Origin: Magallana gigas
Taxonomy: Eukaryota
Length of the DNA: 64,000 nucleotides
Direction: 5' to 3'
NCBI RefSeq assembly: GCF_963853765.1
Contig: NC_088855.1
Location: 53,568,001-53,632,000, forward strand
Shown here: positions 23,744 to 42,020 of the stretch, one piece after another
How positions within the stretch are numbered: position 1 is the stretch's first letter
How the letters are laid out: the number at the start of each line of letters is the position of its first letter
Position numbers and translations under genes: made by a program
The notes under the pieces: model-generated
Databases searched by the model: none
Seen by the model: only the letters and a program-made list of their open reading frames with translations
What the model was told of the DNA's origin: nothing

Positions 23744-26700
23744 CTAGTCTTCCCACTGCATGACTTTGTGGGTTGCATTTCTCCGTTTTTTCTTTAACCA
23801 CGACGGGAGACCTCTATTTTCGAGCTGGAGCCTATAGAGGGGGTATTTGGGATCAGTGCTAGGTTTAAATGGGTGCACAGTCTTCAGCTTTTCCTGTAAC
23901 ACCTCCTCATTAATGTCCTTGATGTCTCTATACCTATCTAAATACCTGAAGAAGAACAAAAGGAACAAATTGAATTGAGCTGTCTTCAAAAGACATAAAA
24001 CACCTCAAGGCTCTGAGCATGTTAAAATCAAAACATCCATCTGCTTCCCTGTTTTTCGATGTGTCTCGACATTAAAAACCAGGAGCAGATGGAAGTATTA
24101 ATTTTTATCAGATTGTTGCTATCCGGACCTAGATAATAATGAGGTTGCTTACTACGGTTTCATTTATTGTAGAGCAACAATTTACTTGGATTTTTTTGTT
24201 GGGTCTCTCCACAAAACGAATTTTTATTGAAATAAGGTATCAGTATGTGACAACAGAATTCATTTATAGGACCTCCAACCATCGTCCATTAAGTTGCATA
24301 CATCCTGATTTTTACTAATAACCAATAATATTCATGAAACCGCTCCAACTCCAGGATGACAAGACCCAAATATTTATCATTTTCATTACCGTATTAAATA
24401 AATGATGGCGAAAGTGTAAACAATTGAGATTTTACTGGTATGTCAAAATGTTGATAGTTATTTTTAGTTTTATCACATTGATCCTCAAAGTCGTTCACAA
24501 GTAACAATTAAAGTTGAAGATGAGAAAACTGATCAAAGACAATCTACCCCCCCCCCCCAATCTCCTATCATTGGGATATGAAAATGATGTATTAGGGAGC
24601 TAAAGCCACCCAGTAGAAGCATACATACAAGTTAAATGGTTTTTTGTGTGGAAACTTCTTCTGTATTGGATGATATGGTACAGGGAAAACAAATTCAAAA
24701 GACGGCTCCTTCATATCTAAAACAAAAATTCAAAGTGTTCAGGGTCACAGTCCATTGAATCTTTACATACAGCATACTGTTCTTCCTTATTTTATGCAAG
24801 AACTTTATTCAGCAAGTCCACCGTTTGTGTAAATAAATATATAGTCCTGAGTACAAAACTTTTACCGCGGTAATACAATTTCATATGGTTCACAAGTTTC
24901 AGAAAAATAATAGCTAAATTTTAAAATGACAAAGGGTTGCTTCTTGCAATTTTATGCAGATATTAAATTCATTCTTTTAGTCAGTGATCTACAGTATAAA
25001 ATATATGCTGGTTACCAGGAACTGAATACTTGGAACTCTTATACAACATCAAACAATATCATATTTAGATTGAATTGAGACCTATCATTGCTTTCCCTCA
25101 ATACTTTTATCCATTAAAAACTTCTGGTCAAAATCTTACCCAGTTTGTTCCAGAATACATCCCGAACACTCTCATCATGCTCACTTTGAAAGAAACAGAA
25201 ACCTGCAGGGGTCATGTGATCCTGGTGTCTCTCGTAAAAGTTAAAGGTATTGAATGTCCTCTCCTTTAGAGAGCATCTGTAACAAAAGTAAGATATTTTC
25301 AAAAAATTGAAAACAATCTCTTTAGTTTTGTATTGAGTAAATCTTTTAATTTAAAGCAATATGAGCTGTATTTTTTAGAATTGTATTTTGCTACAAAAAA
25401 CTGCTAGTATGATAAGTCTGCATGTAACTTAAACTTTTATGATAAATAAGATTTGAAAAATCATTAATTTTTGTCAGAAGAAAGATTTCTCTTCTAAGGA
25501 AAATATAGGAGATCAATTTTTGTACAGGACAACAATAATTCAATTTTGCTTCAATTAAGGCTTCTTAACAGCTTTTCCCACATAAATATAAATACCATGA
25601 TATTTTTTGTCATTTTAGTAGAAAATAACATTTTCTTCTTAAAAAATTTCAGCATGAATTGCAGCTCATATTGCTTTAAAAAAATGGATCAAAGCATCAT
25701 AGAATTCATGAAAAATGTATTCAATATCAAACATTTTCAATTGGCCCATGTCCTTAAAGGTTACCTGAACATAAAACAAACTTGGGATAAGTAAGATCAA
25801 CAGAAAAAAGGAGAGAGATCATGATGATTTACATGTAGTTTTTGCAATACATGTATTTGATTTCTGGTGGTACAGGTATGTTACGTTCAAAGATGACCCC
25901 CTATAGCATTGTTTAAGGCACCATATACAAACTGGTCTCCAGACATGAATAAGTATTAAGATGTGTTTAAAATTGTAAAGACAATATCATAAATATTCCA
26001 GCAAGAGGAGTTGGAGGAAGACCACCTTATGATTCCTAACTACATGTTCTCTTTTCACACACAGTGAATAACAGAAGATTGGAAGTGGTTGCAATGTATC
26101 ACCTGAAAAACTCCATCTTTGCTAGCCAAGATGGCAAAACTCAAGTAACAAACAATAGAAAAGAGCACATAACTGCCTTACGTGTTTGGGGATAGCCTGT
26201 CATCTCTGAAGTCAATTTGCTGTTCCTGTTTGAAGAGAATAAATACATAACGATGGAAACCAGTGCCTTTGACAGGAAAAACTTGCAGATAATCACAGAG
26301 TTGTTCCCCTTTACTAATGTCATTTCCTGGTATGTTGGCTCTGAAAAATAAAAACAACTTGATTGACCTAATACATGTATATGATTTCATTATGTTTATT
26401 AAATCAAGAGGCCCATGGACCATCTCACTCACCTGACTTACAGTTGTGCTTATTTTTGTATTCCTTCGTACATTTTAATGAAAACTTGAATAATACATGT
26501 AGTTAAACACTCACTTTTGGATATTACATAAGAAAATGTTCCAAAATACATGAACATGGACTTTACTGGTATATTCACACTAGTCAGTGGAGGTACTTGA
26601 CACTTACACTAGTCAGTAAATGAACTTGATACTTACATTAGCCAGTAAAGGAACTTGACACTTACACTAGCCAGTAAAGGAACTTGAAACTTACACTAGC

Positions 26701-29700
26701 CAGTAAAGGAACTTGACACTTACACTAGCTAGTAAAGGAACTTGACACTTACACTAGTCAGTAGAAGAACTTGACACTTACACTAGTCAGTAGAAGAACT
26801 TGACACTTACACTAGTCAGTAGAAGACCTTGACACTTACACTAGTCTGTAGAAGAAGTTGACACTTACACTAGTCAGTAGAAGATCTTGTCACTTACACT
26901 AGCCAGTAAAGGAACCTGACACTTACACTAGCTAGAAAAGGAACTTGACACTTACACTAGCCAGTAAAGGAACTTGACACTTACACTAGCCAGTAAATGA
27001 ACTTGACACTTACACTAGTCAGTAGAAGAACTTGACACTTACACTAGCCAGTAAAGGAACCTGACACTTACACTACGTAGTAAAGGAACTTGACACTTAC
27101 ACTACGTAGTAAAGGAACTTGACACTTACACTAGCCAGTAGAAGAACTTGACACTTACACTAGCCAGTAAAGGAACTTTACACTTACACTAGTCAGTAGA
27201 AGAACTTGACACTTACACTAGCCAGTTAAGGAACTTGACACTTACACTAGTCAGTAGAAGAACTTGACACTTACACTAGCCAGTAAAGGAACTTGACACT
27301 TACACTAGTCAGTAGAAGAACTTGACACTTACACTAGCCAGTAAAGGAATTTGACACTTACACTAGCCAGTAAAGGAACTTGACACTTACACTAGCCAGT
27401 AAAGGAACTTGACACTTACACTAGCCAGTAAAGGAACTTGACACTTACACTAGCCAGTGGAGGTACTCTGCATTGTTATCCTGTAGATGGCTGTCTGGTG
27501 CTGTCATCAACAGAGTCCATAAACTATCGCCATCAACTTCATAGTGAACATTCGGAACTCTGGATGTCTGCCATTACATTGACAAAGTACATAATCAGTC
27601 AAAGATGGCATAATCATAGCCATAATATACATGCAGACAACATTTGCGCAAACGGGAGTATGGATGGTGTGTAACAAGGTTAACTGCTGCGGTTTGCATA
27701 CCTAGGTGGCAGATATTAATATAATAAAACAGTTTGAATGTTGGTATAAAGAAAACTATGCATAGTGTTGCTAGATCAAATCCAAAGATGATGAAGGAAA
27801 TTTTCGCTATGGTCACCACCTTTTAAGTCCAAACCAGATGTACAGTCAATGTAGGTAATGAGGCTCAAGACACATCTTACTAAGAATTAAAATGTAAGCT
27901 TATATACTGGCTTACAAATTTACTTGTTACAGCAAACATTTACAGTTTATAACATGAACCAGCTAAATTGATGACTGAATACTTTTGGCACATTCCAATT
28001 TATTAATTAGTCAGCTTATCCACAATGTAACACAATCAATCCTCTTTGATAGGATGTTTGCACTCCTGATTGAAATAAAATGTCATGTCATATGATGTGT
28101 AAGGTTTGGGCTAATTAGGAGCTTCAAGTGTCCTCCTAGTTTAGCTTTACTTTCCATATTCAAATCACAAAAACTCATATAAATGGTGGTTTCCAACAAC
28201 TCTATTAATTTCTACCTACTTGAGAAGGTTCAATCAAGTTTCCATGAAAAACTGGCACTTCATCCTCTTCTGATATATCATAGCTGACCTCTAGATCAAC
28301 CTGGGGATAAAAGAATGCACCCCCGAACAAGTCGCGGAAAACTCCATAATGTACAGCAAGTCTGTGGAGATGCTCCCTTTTATTTGTATCCCAGGATGCA
28401 GCATCAACCTCATCCAGATCAATCATCACTGTGAGAAACAAAATTTAAGCTTGCAGCCATTTTTTGTGACAATTTTAATGTACTCAATAATTATGCACAC
28501 CCATGCTTAAAGTAATACTAATATGACAATGTCTGTTATTCTGGTTTCTTTCTCGTATATCTCACAACTGTAATGGCAGTTATTCTTTTTAACAGATACA
28601 AATTTTTTTGTTAATGAAATTCAAAAAGCACATGGTAAGAAACATTCTTTGTTTACTTGTTTTGAATAACATTGTAATCAATACAAAAAATAACTGACAA
28701 AAGATTACGCTAGTCGGATAACTCGGATTAAAATCAAATCTTCCACAAGCTCTTCCAAGATGCTTGGAATACCTCCCATTCAACACTAAAAAATACCAGC
28801 TACTGCTAGTGAAAGCTTTTATCAGACAGGGCTCAGGCCAACATACATATATTTTAGATAACTTAATGAACTTGAGCTCGTTTCATTTCATGGGTTCAAA
28901 TGATTTCAGATATTACGGAAAAATTCAAATATAACAAACACAGATATAGCGAATTTACCGCTATAACAAACTCTTATTTATGTCTAAGCAAAATTCTTAA
29001 ATAAAACTATAGAAAGTTGTTGAATATAACAAACATAGCTACAACGAATTTAGATCTTTAACAAAGTAATTTTAATACCCCAGCTGGGGTATTAAATTCT
29101 AATGTACTTTATTATTTATATAACAAATTTTTTCCATGACAAATTTTATTGAAGATACATGAAATTTTAAGATGCAAATCTTCAATATTCAAATTCAAAA
29201 CATAATACAGTAAATTAAAAAAAATTAAATGAAAAGTTTATATCATTTTATTTTGTAAATGGCGTTAATATTGATTTTATAACTTACAATAGTTTGAAGT
29301 ACTTTCAGCTACCTATTTTATAACAAATTTGCAATAAGAATTTAAACGTATAACGAATTACAAGTATAAAGAAGTTTTTTCTATGGTCCTTTGAAATTTG
29401 CTATAAACAAGTTTTGCTGTATGCATCAGACAACTGATTAAAGTGATTGAATAGAAAGTTGATACTTACACTCTCCATCTTGAACAAGGGCCAGTAACTC
29501 CTGTTTGTTTTTCCTAATCACAGCTCTCTTTTGGGATTGTGTTATGGCCGTATTAGTCAAAGGGAATCCAATGTTGACATTATTGGCTTTTGATTGTTCA
29601 GTAAGCTTCATATCTAAAATATTTACAGAATTTATATACTGACGGTATGATTAAACTATTGCTGCAACCTAAATTGTGGAAACTGAGCGCAGCCAGAGGT

Positions 29701-31175
29701 GAGCAAAGCCCGCCTCATGAAGTAATGTGTATGGTTACATGAACATCTAAGAAAATTTGTGAAAAAATGAAAGTTGAATCAGGGGTTCTAAAGGCTAAAA
29801 AATTCTAAATAATAAAGTTAACTCAATCATTATATGACTGGCGCTTGTTTGTTTGTTGTCTCTAAACGTGATTAAAACTTTCCAAGTTTCAATGCATATG
29901 CAAAACAGATAACTTTCAAAAGTGCTTTATTCAAGAAATACGACTAGTTTTACATATGTCTCATCAAATTATTAGATGGAAAATAAAAACATTAACATTA
30001 AGGCACCAATCTCTTAGGTACTGATTACTACTGAACAAAGTTGCGAAACTTCAATTCATCAACATATGAAATTGATAAACATTTACAGAAAATTAAATAC
30101 AAATTTCTTGGAATCTCGTACTATTTAGCTGAATGTATGAAACTTATTGAAACATGATGTCATTATGTACATTGAGCATGGGACGTTTAGATTATGATAG
30201 GCAGGCATATCCACATGAGTAGGCAAATCCACAGCAGTTGGCAATTTTATCAATTTGTTGTAAATAAATAAGAATCAAAATTCTACCAGAGAACTTTGCA
30301 AGCGTAGCAACAGGATGGCAACAAGTTTTCTAGATTTTCTTTCATTCTATAATTTCATGCATGAAATATTTTCGGCTCTGAGTGTGACGTCACACAAAAA
30401 CTTTCAATGGCTGCTGTTTAAGATCAAGATGTGCAGAAATTGGTTTAAAATAACTGAATAATAATTGTAGAGAAATAAACACAAGGAATTGATAAAATAA
30501 CATCATGGAGTTGATGTCTGGTATTTAATGTTGTTGGTTGGATAGAGACTTAAAAAAAAATGTAGAAAACTTGTTGCCATTCTGTCGCTTCGCTCACTCT
30601 GCTCGCAAAGCTCACTGGTAGGATTTAGCCTGTTTCTCATTTTATATTTACAATAAATTCATGAAATTGCTGACTCTTGTGGCAGATTCTGCCGTGTGTG
30701 TTTCAAATGCGTTTTATCAGAGACATAAAAAACATTGTTATTTATGTCTCTGATTTTATTCTGTCTTTTAAAAAAGAATCATCTGTTTAAACCAGAAATA
30801 TCTATGCATCTATGGCCCACAGTCAGACCGTTTACATATTTGATATTATACTGGGTTGTCTGAAATGTAAACATTTCTGAAACTGGATAAAGACACTCCC
30901 ACAATCGAGAAAATAACCGTTTTAAATGTGAAAGAAATATATTTGATCTTCACAAAATAAAAGGTTGTTTGAGGAAATTCGAAAGAGATGAATCCACCGA
31001 TTTTCTTTTTAGAAATACCTGCTAATCTCTGCTCAAATGTTCTAGCAAGTTCGGGCATTTTCCCAAGCCTCTTTGATTTTCGTAATCCCGTCGCATAACG
31101 TACATTTTCTAAACGATAAGAACTTTTGCAACTAATTAAAGTTTTGATCAAATGTTTTGCAGTGGAAGCGGCCAT
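23744..31175 (-). CDS. MRPL38: Mitochondrial ribosomal protein mL38 (PEBP fold), 8 exons, 404 aa
   Basis: Exons 31175-31019, 29613-29470, 28428-28220, 27567-27449, 26340-26182, 25276-25140, 24716-24629 and 23945-23744. All introns are GT-AG with consistent phases (1215 nt total). Motifs [42 protein letters not shown] and YLDRYRD. AATAAA at 23725-23730. Confidence 0.93.
26596..27458 (-). repeat. 29-bp minisatellite (29 full units plus the exon-overlapping unit) filling most of MRPL38 intron 4; each unit carries the 5' splice site
   Basis: Plus-strand unit cttgacacttacactagccagtaaaggaa contains the reverse complement of CTGGCTAGT|GTAAGTGTCAAG. The span 26596 to 27437 is exactly 29 x 29 bp. Confidence 0.95.
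30252..30659. mobile_element. Foldback-type element with diverged inverted arms of about 80-95 bp in MRPL38 intron 1
   Basis: Left arm ...ctaccagagaactttgcaagc...ggcaacaagttttcta matches the reverse complement of tagaaaacttgttgcc...cgcaaagctcactggtag...tatttacaataaatt. Confidence 0.7.
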
Positions 31176-31481
31176 TTTCACATTTTTGGAGCTAGGTAAA
31201 CTTGGTGAACATAAAGAGTTTGCACATTTTTTCTTCTGTTTACAAATATTTATATTAGCTTATGAAATTGGTTTATTAGTTTTCAAAACCTTTACAAAAC
31301 ATCACAACGAAAGATGAAGACCGTAGTTATTTTATTTTAAAATAATTTTATTTACCTAGTCCCAAAGGAAACCCCCCCTAATGCGCATGCGCAAATGTAC
31401 ACAAAAGCCTGTCATCCACTTCAGTGACTTCTGGAAAGACTTTGGTAAGGACTAATACTAAGGACTCTATTGGAAAGCGAC
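31176..31481. promoter_or_regulatory. Bidirectional promoter between MRPL38 and HSBP1 (306 bp between the ATGs) with a perfect NRF-1 site
   Basis: TGCGCATGCGCA at 31382-31393. A YY1-like GCCATTTT (31171-31178) overlaps the MRPL38 start codon. Confidence 0.8.
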
Positions 31482-34864
<3,383 letters not shown>

Positions 34865-35276
34865 TCCCAGCATTCCATCATTACTTCCTGTGTGGTTTAG
34901 CGTGTGTGCCTTAGGGATCAGTATACATTTTTGCACCTATCAAGGAAACATCTTGCCGTTTGGTTGAAAAAGAAATCTCATGAATGCAATATGGGTCTAA
35001 CTCTAAACTGTGACATTATACATTGTCATAATTTGGCTTAGTGTGTTGGCATAATTTTTAGTACTGTAAAAGTTGCAATGGAAAGGATGTTTGTATAAGT
35101 TTAATCAAAGAGAACAAATTCATCCTGTTTGTTATTTTCTCTTACAATTGTGATAAGTGTAATATTATTTATTGACTGTATTCTGTTTTTATTGGTGTCA
35201 ATTAATTTCACAAATAAATTATAGTTTTATACACAACATTTTTATTTGCTTTGTAAAAAAATAAACGATTGAATTA

Positions 35277-35450
35277 CAGTAAAACACGGTTATAACCAAG
35301 CGCTAGGGACAGGTGATTTTGCTTCGTTATAAGCATAATTCGTTATATCCGTCAAGTTTACAACATGTAATATAGTCACGGGGAATGAAAATCACTTCGC
35401 TGTAAGCGTCAATTCATTATAAGCGTGTTCGCTATAACCATGTTTTACTG
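35277..35450. mobile_element. Tc1/mariner (pogo-like) MITE, 174 bp, TA TSD
   Basis: TA|cagtaaaacacggttata ... tataaccatgttttactg|TA. Confidence 0.8.
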
Positions 35451-36108
35451 TATTATGGAAAGAAGTGAAAGCTGCATGGTTCAATCGATGAAATATTTTA
35501 TGGAAGCTTTAAACCAGTGTTTTTTGTTATGACATATATACAGTATTAATAACCATAGAAGTAATTTTACCAACGTATCCAACATCTATGTCAAAAATTT
35601 AATGAGAAGAATTTTTAAAAAAGTGAAGAGGATGTCTCTCTTGTAAGATTTGTCCCAGTGACGAGGCAGCTACTTTCATAGAAGGACTGACATTCAGCTT
35701 CAATTTCAGAAATGTTTTGGTTAATGAAAAATGTGTCCACGTAAATTTTGAAAAATTTTCTTTGTGTAAATGCATATCAGGCAGCCCAATCAAAGGACAA
35801 TACCAAGTGGAACCTTTTGTGTTCTGATAATGCTTGCCATTGCTTGGGCTTTGCTTTAATTTGAAAATTTGGGATGTTGCAGATGTAACATAAAGCATAT
35901 ATATATGTAACCTTCAAAGTGTGCTGGGACAAGTACATGTATAGTAAAAATATTAAATAACCTTGCCTAATTTAAGGACATTAAGATGGAGGGAATTGTA
36001 AAGGACTGTGTTTGACCAAAAATTTTTTATATACCTGATTCAGTTTATTGCACACCCAATATGAAATGTAAAAGAAAAAAAATGTGCTAAGCTAGATTTC
36101 AAAATGAA

Positions 36109-36235
36109 GATAATTTGACCTCTGACCTAGAAACACCAAACACTCTTTATATTGCGAATTTGCAATGCAGATAATTTGACCTTGACCTCTGACCTAAAAA
36201 CACTAAACACTCTATATATTGCGAATTTGCAATGC
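36109..36235. repeat. Tandem duplication of about 61 bp
   Basis: gataatttgacc...aaacactct.tatattgcgaatttgcaatgc occurs at 36109 and 36170. Confidence 0.85.
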
Positions 36236-36332
36236 GTTTCCAAAAGGAACTGTTGGAATTTGGAGGACGATACGTACAACATAAAAAGATGTTAAAGGTA
36301 GTGTTGTAAATTTCTATCTAAATGCATTCAGT

Positions 36333-36365
<33 letters not shown>

Positions 36366-37206
36366 GGGGGGAGGGTCTAAGTCGAGCGTCTTACTACCTT
36401 CGATAAATCGGATACATACACAAAAACTCCTCCCAATCATATGTCCATCCCCTGTCCCCAAGTGACAATACACTTTGGAAAAATTATGCACTTTAATTTT
36501 TTCGTCTTTCGAAGTCCGTTAAAGGATGACTGCACTTAATTTAATTTAACAAACATTTTATCATGGAAATAAATGCAAAATAGAATTGGACATCAGGCTA
36601 GCCTATATTGGTCCTCTCCCCAAGGATCAAAGTTACAACTGATATTTCAATTACATTTGAATCGACTAAATTAATGACTGCACTTGCCACTTTGGGACTT
36701 TTAAAAATTGCGCCAAAAAAAGTTCAGTATGGGCATATTTCTTTTAATTGTAGGAATTGCCAATGTCTTAACTGCAACTTTATGTAATTACACCAATATA
36801 AAGTTCATATTTTCAAATAGCGTGTCGTTTTCATAGGTAGGGGTCATTACATTTTCCTGAATCGCCATAGGATAATGAGGACGCCCCCTTTTTTTTTACA
36901 GCGTAAATACATAGTCAGCTCAACATCATGTTTTGTTCTCCTTTTCATGGTAGTTGTATATATTTATAAGCTTAATTATGTTAAAAGGTGAACAATATAC
37001 AAACATGCGCTCGTGGTTAAACAGAAAGAACACTGTTTCTTCTTGCATTCACATTATCTGTTGTAGAAGGTATACTATAACATGTTGAATATCATAATTC
37101 ATCACGTGATTTCCAACTCCAGGTTACTATGTGAATACAAGACGCCCGTCATGTGACGTGTAAGGTAGCATGCATTCTGCTAGTCGATAATATTTGTCCA
37201 TACTTA

Positions 37207-37392
37207 CTGTATACAGGAAAATATTTTCGCACTTTTCACCCTCGTTGTCGACAGGCGAATTTAAAACTGGGCAGATTCCTCTGTCTCAAACTATCTTTCA
37301 TTATTCACAACTTTGTCTTGGCGAATTCAAGACGGGCCGTTTGCAAGTGGAAAAGGACGGAAATAACACAAGAAAAATAACCCTGTATACAG
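37207..37392. mobile_element. Tc1/mariner-type MITE, 186 bp, TA TSD
   Basis: TA|ctgtatacagg ... cctgtatacag|TA. Confidence 0.75.
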
Positions 37393-38080
37393 TATTTCAA
37401 AAATAACCCTGTGTAAAGTATTTCAATTCATCCCAATCGAGTGATATTTTCTTCACTTCTCTGAGATCCCTGTAAGAGATTATCGGTTCTGTGCTTTACT
37501 GATTAATCTACTTGGTATAATTTTTTTTCGAACACATTGAATGTTGACATCAGTTACTGGTTTACGATCATCAATGGCTACTTGTGCTGGCTGATATCAA
37601 ATATCTTTTATAAAAAAAATGGCAACATGAGAGAGAGAGAAAGAGAGAGAGAGAAAGAGACAATTTTTCAAAAAGACATTGTTACTGTTACAAGTTATCA
37701 TATTTGCAAACCTGACAAGATTTTCAATGTTTAATTGTGTAAACATTGGGTACCAATATGATATTTTAGTACGATATCATAATGTCAATGTAATCAATGA
37801 CAGAAACATTGTCGTGATATCGATAGTATCACGTGGCTGTAAAATATCAATAACATTACGTTTTGCAACAGATGTACGTTGCTCAATATTTCAATTTTTG
37901 TATTTTCAATGTTCATTTCATCTGAGGTTGATGCCTAATTGTGTATGCATTTTAATATTTCATTACAACGATGCGTTATACATTCATGCTCGGATCCAGG
38001 GGGAGGGGGGATCAGATAGATAATTTTGTTTTTGAGGGGGGTGGGAGGGTCCAAGGCATAAACCTAGAACATTTTGACTA

Positions 38081-38287
38081 CTGTGGTTTCATCAATATTC
38101 GTTGAATACCAATTTTCGTGGATTTCGTTGTTAAGTTGATCCACGAAATTAAATGTTCTTTGAAGTTCAATATCAACTAACATTTTGTATTGATAGGATT
38201 ATTGGCCACGAAATTACGTATCCTTGAAACTGTGGTTTTCAGAAAATCCACGAAAATTGATACCCACGAAAATTAATGAAACCACAG
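38081..38287. mobile_element. Tc1/mariner-type MITE, 207 bp, TA TSD
   Basis: TA|ctgtggtttcat ... atgaaaccacag|TA, with internal repeated ccacgaaa motifs. Confidence 0.85.
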
Positions 38288-41200
38288 TATCAACGTAACT
38301 TTCACATCAAAAGCATATTTACTTTATTTTAATAAATACCAGGTAGAAAAAATATATCCAATCGTCTCAGCTCTAGTGCTTATTTTTCTACAATAGTAAT
38401 TTTTATGATTAGTATTAGTGTTTCTAAATTCAAATGTCAGGTGTCGTTTTCCTTGAAAGATACAGAGCCCTCAATTTTTTTATTTTTTTTGTAGATAATT
38501 CTCAATCAGTTGTAACTTGTTTATTATAATTTTTTGGTAATTTCAACTACAGATAATCCATCCCATATCTACATGTGACATGTCCAACCATTCCTGGCAC
38601 GTAACAACGGGAGATGAGTAATAAGCCTAAGGTTACCCCAAAAGTGATATTAGAGAACACCTTATATAGACAGGGCTCATTCTCTCTACCTTACCATCAC
38701 CGACCCAAGTACCAGTATCTCGTAAAGCTATTTTGGAGAAAACCACTAATTATTTACATGCAGGCACACTTTTTTTTATCAGAAGTCAAATTGACCACCA
38801 CTTTTGGCATGCTTAACTGAAACAGATGTCACATACTGAACAAAAGCCACTGAAGCGTATTAGTGCTACGTTGTAATTTTTTTCTTTATGAAATTTTTTA
38901 AAATTTCAAAAAGAAAAAAATACAATGTAGTACTAATACACTTCCATACAAAACTACAGTCAAGTACCCATGAGCAGTAAACAAAAACAAGAACAAATCA
39001 TACATTTGTGGATTTGCAGTTTATTCATAGCAACCTAATCAGCTGTCTCCAAATTTGTAAATACAATGCGTATCAACAGAGGTGAGAATGGTCACATCTA
39101 CAGTTATAGTGAGTGATGAACTGATGGTGAAAACAAGCTGATGGGAACGAACGACGCAGAGTAGGAAAGATGTGAAGTCACTTGGCACTCCCTGTGTACA
39201 AGCAACCCCCCTCCCACGAAAAAATGTGAAATATTTTATGAACCACTTTAAAAAATGCTTACAGAAGTTATTTAACTTGAATGAATTGAGTGCCACCAGA
39301 GGAGCCCAGCTTCAGTTATGGAATGATAGATGACACATATGAATGAATATTTCTGTAGATGAAATCAAAGCTAATACATGTACAAAAATGTGTGCTATGT
39401 CTTTAAGTTTACAAAAGTCACAAAAACAACCTTAAAGAGCAGTTCTGCTACTAATAGAACAATTCTATAATATGAGTAAAAAGTCAATTTACAACCAATA
39501 GGAAACAATCAATTTTGTCATGGGTTGTTATCATATATATCATAGTCAGAAATGGGAAAAGTGTTTCATCTGCTATATCATGAATACAATGCTTTATTAT
39601 GGTCTCAGATTTGGAGATAGCTGAGACTGACCCCACCAAAATTACAGACATTGAGACATTTGAAGAGTGGGGTTGAAGGGTGGTTCATTGGGTGGTCTGT
39701 CTGTCTGTCTATCTGTGGTCTCACAAAGACATTAAGCACTCTTCCTAACCCATCACTAAAAATCAAATCTAAATTAAATGCCAATAAACAGTTCGTTTTA
39801 AAGTTACTTGTGAACATACATGTAAAACATTAACATATTTTCACTACAAATGATTTCATTAAAGATAACACAATACTAGTCCTTTTCTTATCCCTAATAC
39901 TTCATTGTCATAAGATGTACATGTACAATGTAAAGAAGATTTGAGCACATCTGGTGAAATGCCAATATGATTTTAAATTTATGTATTCTAAAAAAGACTG
40001 GTTTTCACAATAGATGCAGCCATTATTGCACATTAAAAGTGAGGCCTGATGAAAAAATCCAGCACCATAGTACTTCTTGTGAAAAATATTGCACTTAAAC
40101 AAAAAAGAATCTACAAAATACTTGTACCAAATTAAAAGAGAAAGAACCCATCAAAGACTGTTCATAGCTAAACAGAGAAAGAAAGGAAAGGGGAATAACT
40201 CGATTAATTAATTTATTCTATTGTTGTTATGTTTTTATGTAGCCTAAAAGTAAATGCCAATCAACTTGAAGAATAGCTACTTCTGTTTGGACATCATCTC
40301 CCACACAGAGACCACTGGACAACTTACTGAACTTCTTTTTGTCTTTATAAACATTCATTATTCTCAATCTACCCAAGAAAAAATGAACTCTTGAATTTTG
40401 TTTTGATGTTATAAAAACAAAAAGCATGATATGAAAACATGTGGTTGTTTAAAAACAATCATGATAAATGCATGCGTAAGCAAAACCATTAATTGGCAAG
40501 CTTCACTTCAGGAAAGTGTGAAGGACCAATCAGGATAAATATAAATTACTAGTATTGATAAGAATAAGAAAAATTCAGTAAGATGGCCCATGGTCAGTAA
40601 GCTTCTGTGAGAAGAAATCAAAATTCAACAAGGATAATATTGGACTGAATTTACAATACCAAATGAATGTTCTACTTAACAAAATACAAAAAAAATACAT
40701 TTGTATTCTACACTTGCTGTCTGTATACTGGTACCTATCATACGTTCGTAAAGTTCATAAACTGGGTTAGGTGAGATCTAAATGTAAAGGCTTATTATGT
40801 ATATGAAAATGCCCAAACTCAGTAACAGCCTAAATCTTGATATATGCAAAAATGACCTTGTGTAACGCTTGTAGAAAAAAACTAACAAACTGTAAAAAAA
40901 AAAAAAAATAATAATAATAATAATAAAAGCCAATACATTTACACACAAAAAGAAGAAACAAAATCATGTTGCAAGAATGCAGATTGCAATTCCAATCAAA
41001 ATTAAAGCTAGTAGTAAGCCTTCTTGTGTAGAAACCATTGCTGTCTCTTGCATCGAAATCAAAAAACAAAATATTGATTAATGTTACAATGTAAGAATAA
41101 CTTGTAGTTAAAAGTCCACAAAAAAACCCAAAACAACCCACTATAAACAATAACGTGTTATAACTGTGGACTTTCTTTTGCAGAATACTGCACCACATTA

Positions 41201-42020
41201 CATTAATAAATACATATACATGTACATGTACAATATACTACAAATTTTGTGTAAATTTACATTTCGATAAAGCATTGTGTGATAAAGCTTATTCATGACA
41301 ATGTGTCGAAAGAGACTACATAGGCATTTTAATTTAAGTTGTACTTCTAAATACATAAAAGTGTTTAAATTTTCAAATGCACATGTCAAATAAAACTGAA
41401 TGTACCTGTCCAATTTGATATTATGAAATACGTGTATGTCAATTAGATTATCAATCTTCTAAATTTTGTGTTTCATAAACAGATTTTTCATTCAAGTACT
41501 TATCCACACCATACAACTTGCCCAACCTGTATACAATTCAAATACAGTATAGAGGGAAATCCAGAAATTGTACCATTTATAAATGGAACACAGTTTTACT
41601 CGTTGTAATCCAAGAAACATCTACATACAGCAAAGAAATTTACAAAAATCAGATCTTTTAAATATAACAACTATTGAATAGAGAGATTCAAATGTTGAAT
41701 GAGAAAAAATATAAATAGGATTTTCTGACATCCAAATCTATATTAAGTGAAAGATTTTAAAACATTTATTATGCACTTACAACAACTAAAAGTAATACCT
41801 GTAATTTACATTCTGTGATGTCAAATATATTAAAATACATAGCATAATAAATACATATAAAAAAGGCAATTATTGAGCCATTAATTTTATAAGGGGAGGT
41901 AATTCCATTAAACAAATATATTTGCACATATTTCTTACAAACACTATGTTTACAATGACATTTAAATATGACAACCGGGAAATTCTTAATTTCGATTTAC
42001 ATGTAGTTTCAATGCTTAAT

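Noticed and set aside
26065-26104. Possible 40-nt cassette exon in MRPL38 intron 5
   Set aside because: The donor is weak (GTGTGT), the length is not a multiple of three, and the protein is complete without it.
30846-31181. 111-aa ORF as a standalone gene
   Set aside because: It is MRPL38 exon 1 reading through the donor at 31018 into the intron.
31429-31436. Heat-shock element upstream of HSBP1
   Set aside because: Only two nGAAn units (TTCTGGAA); a functional HSE normally needs three.
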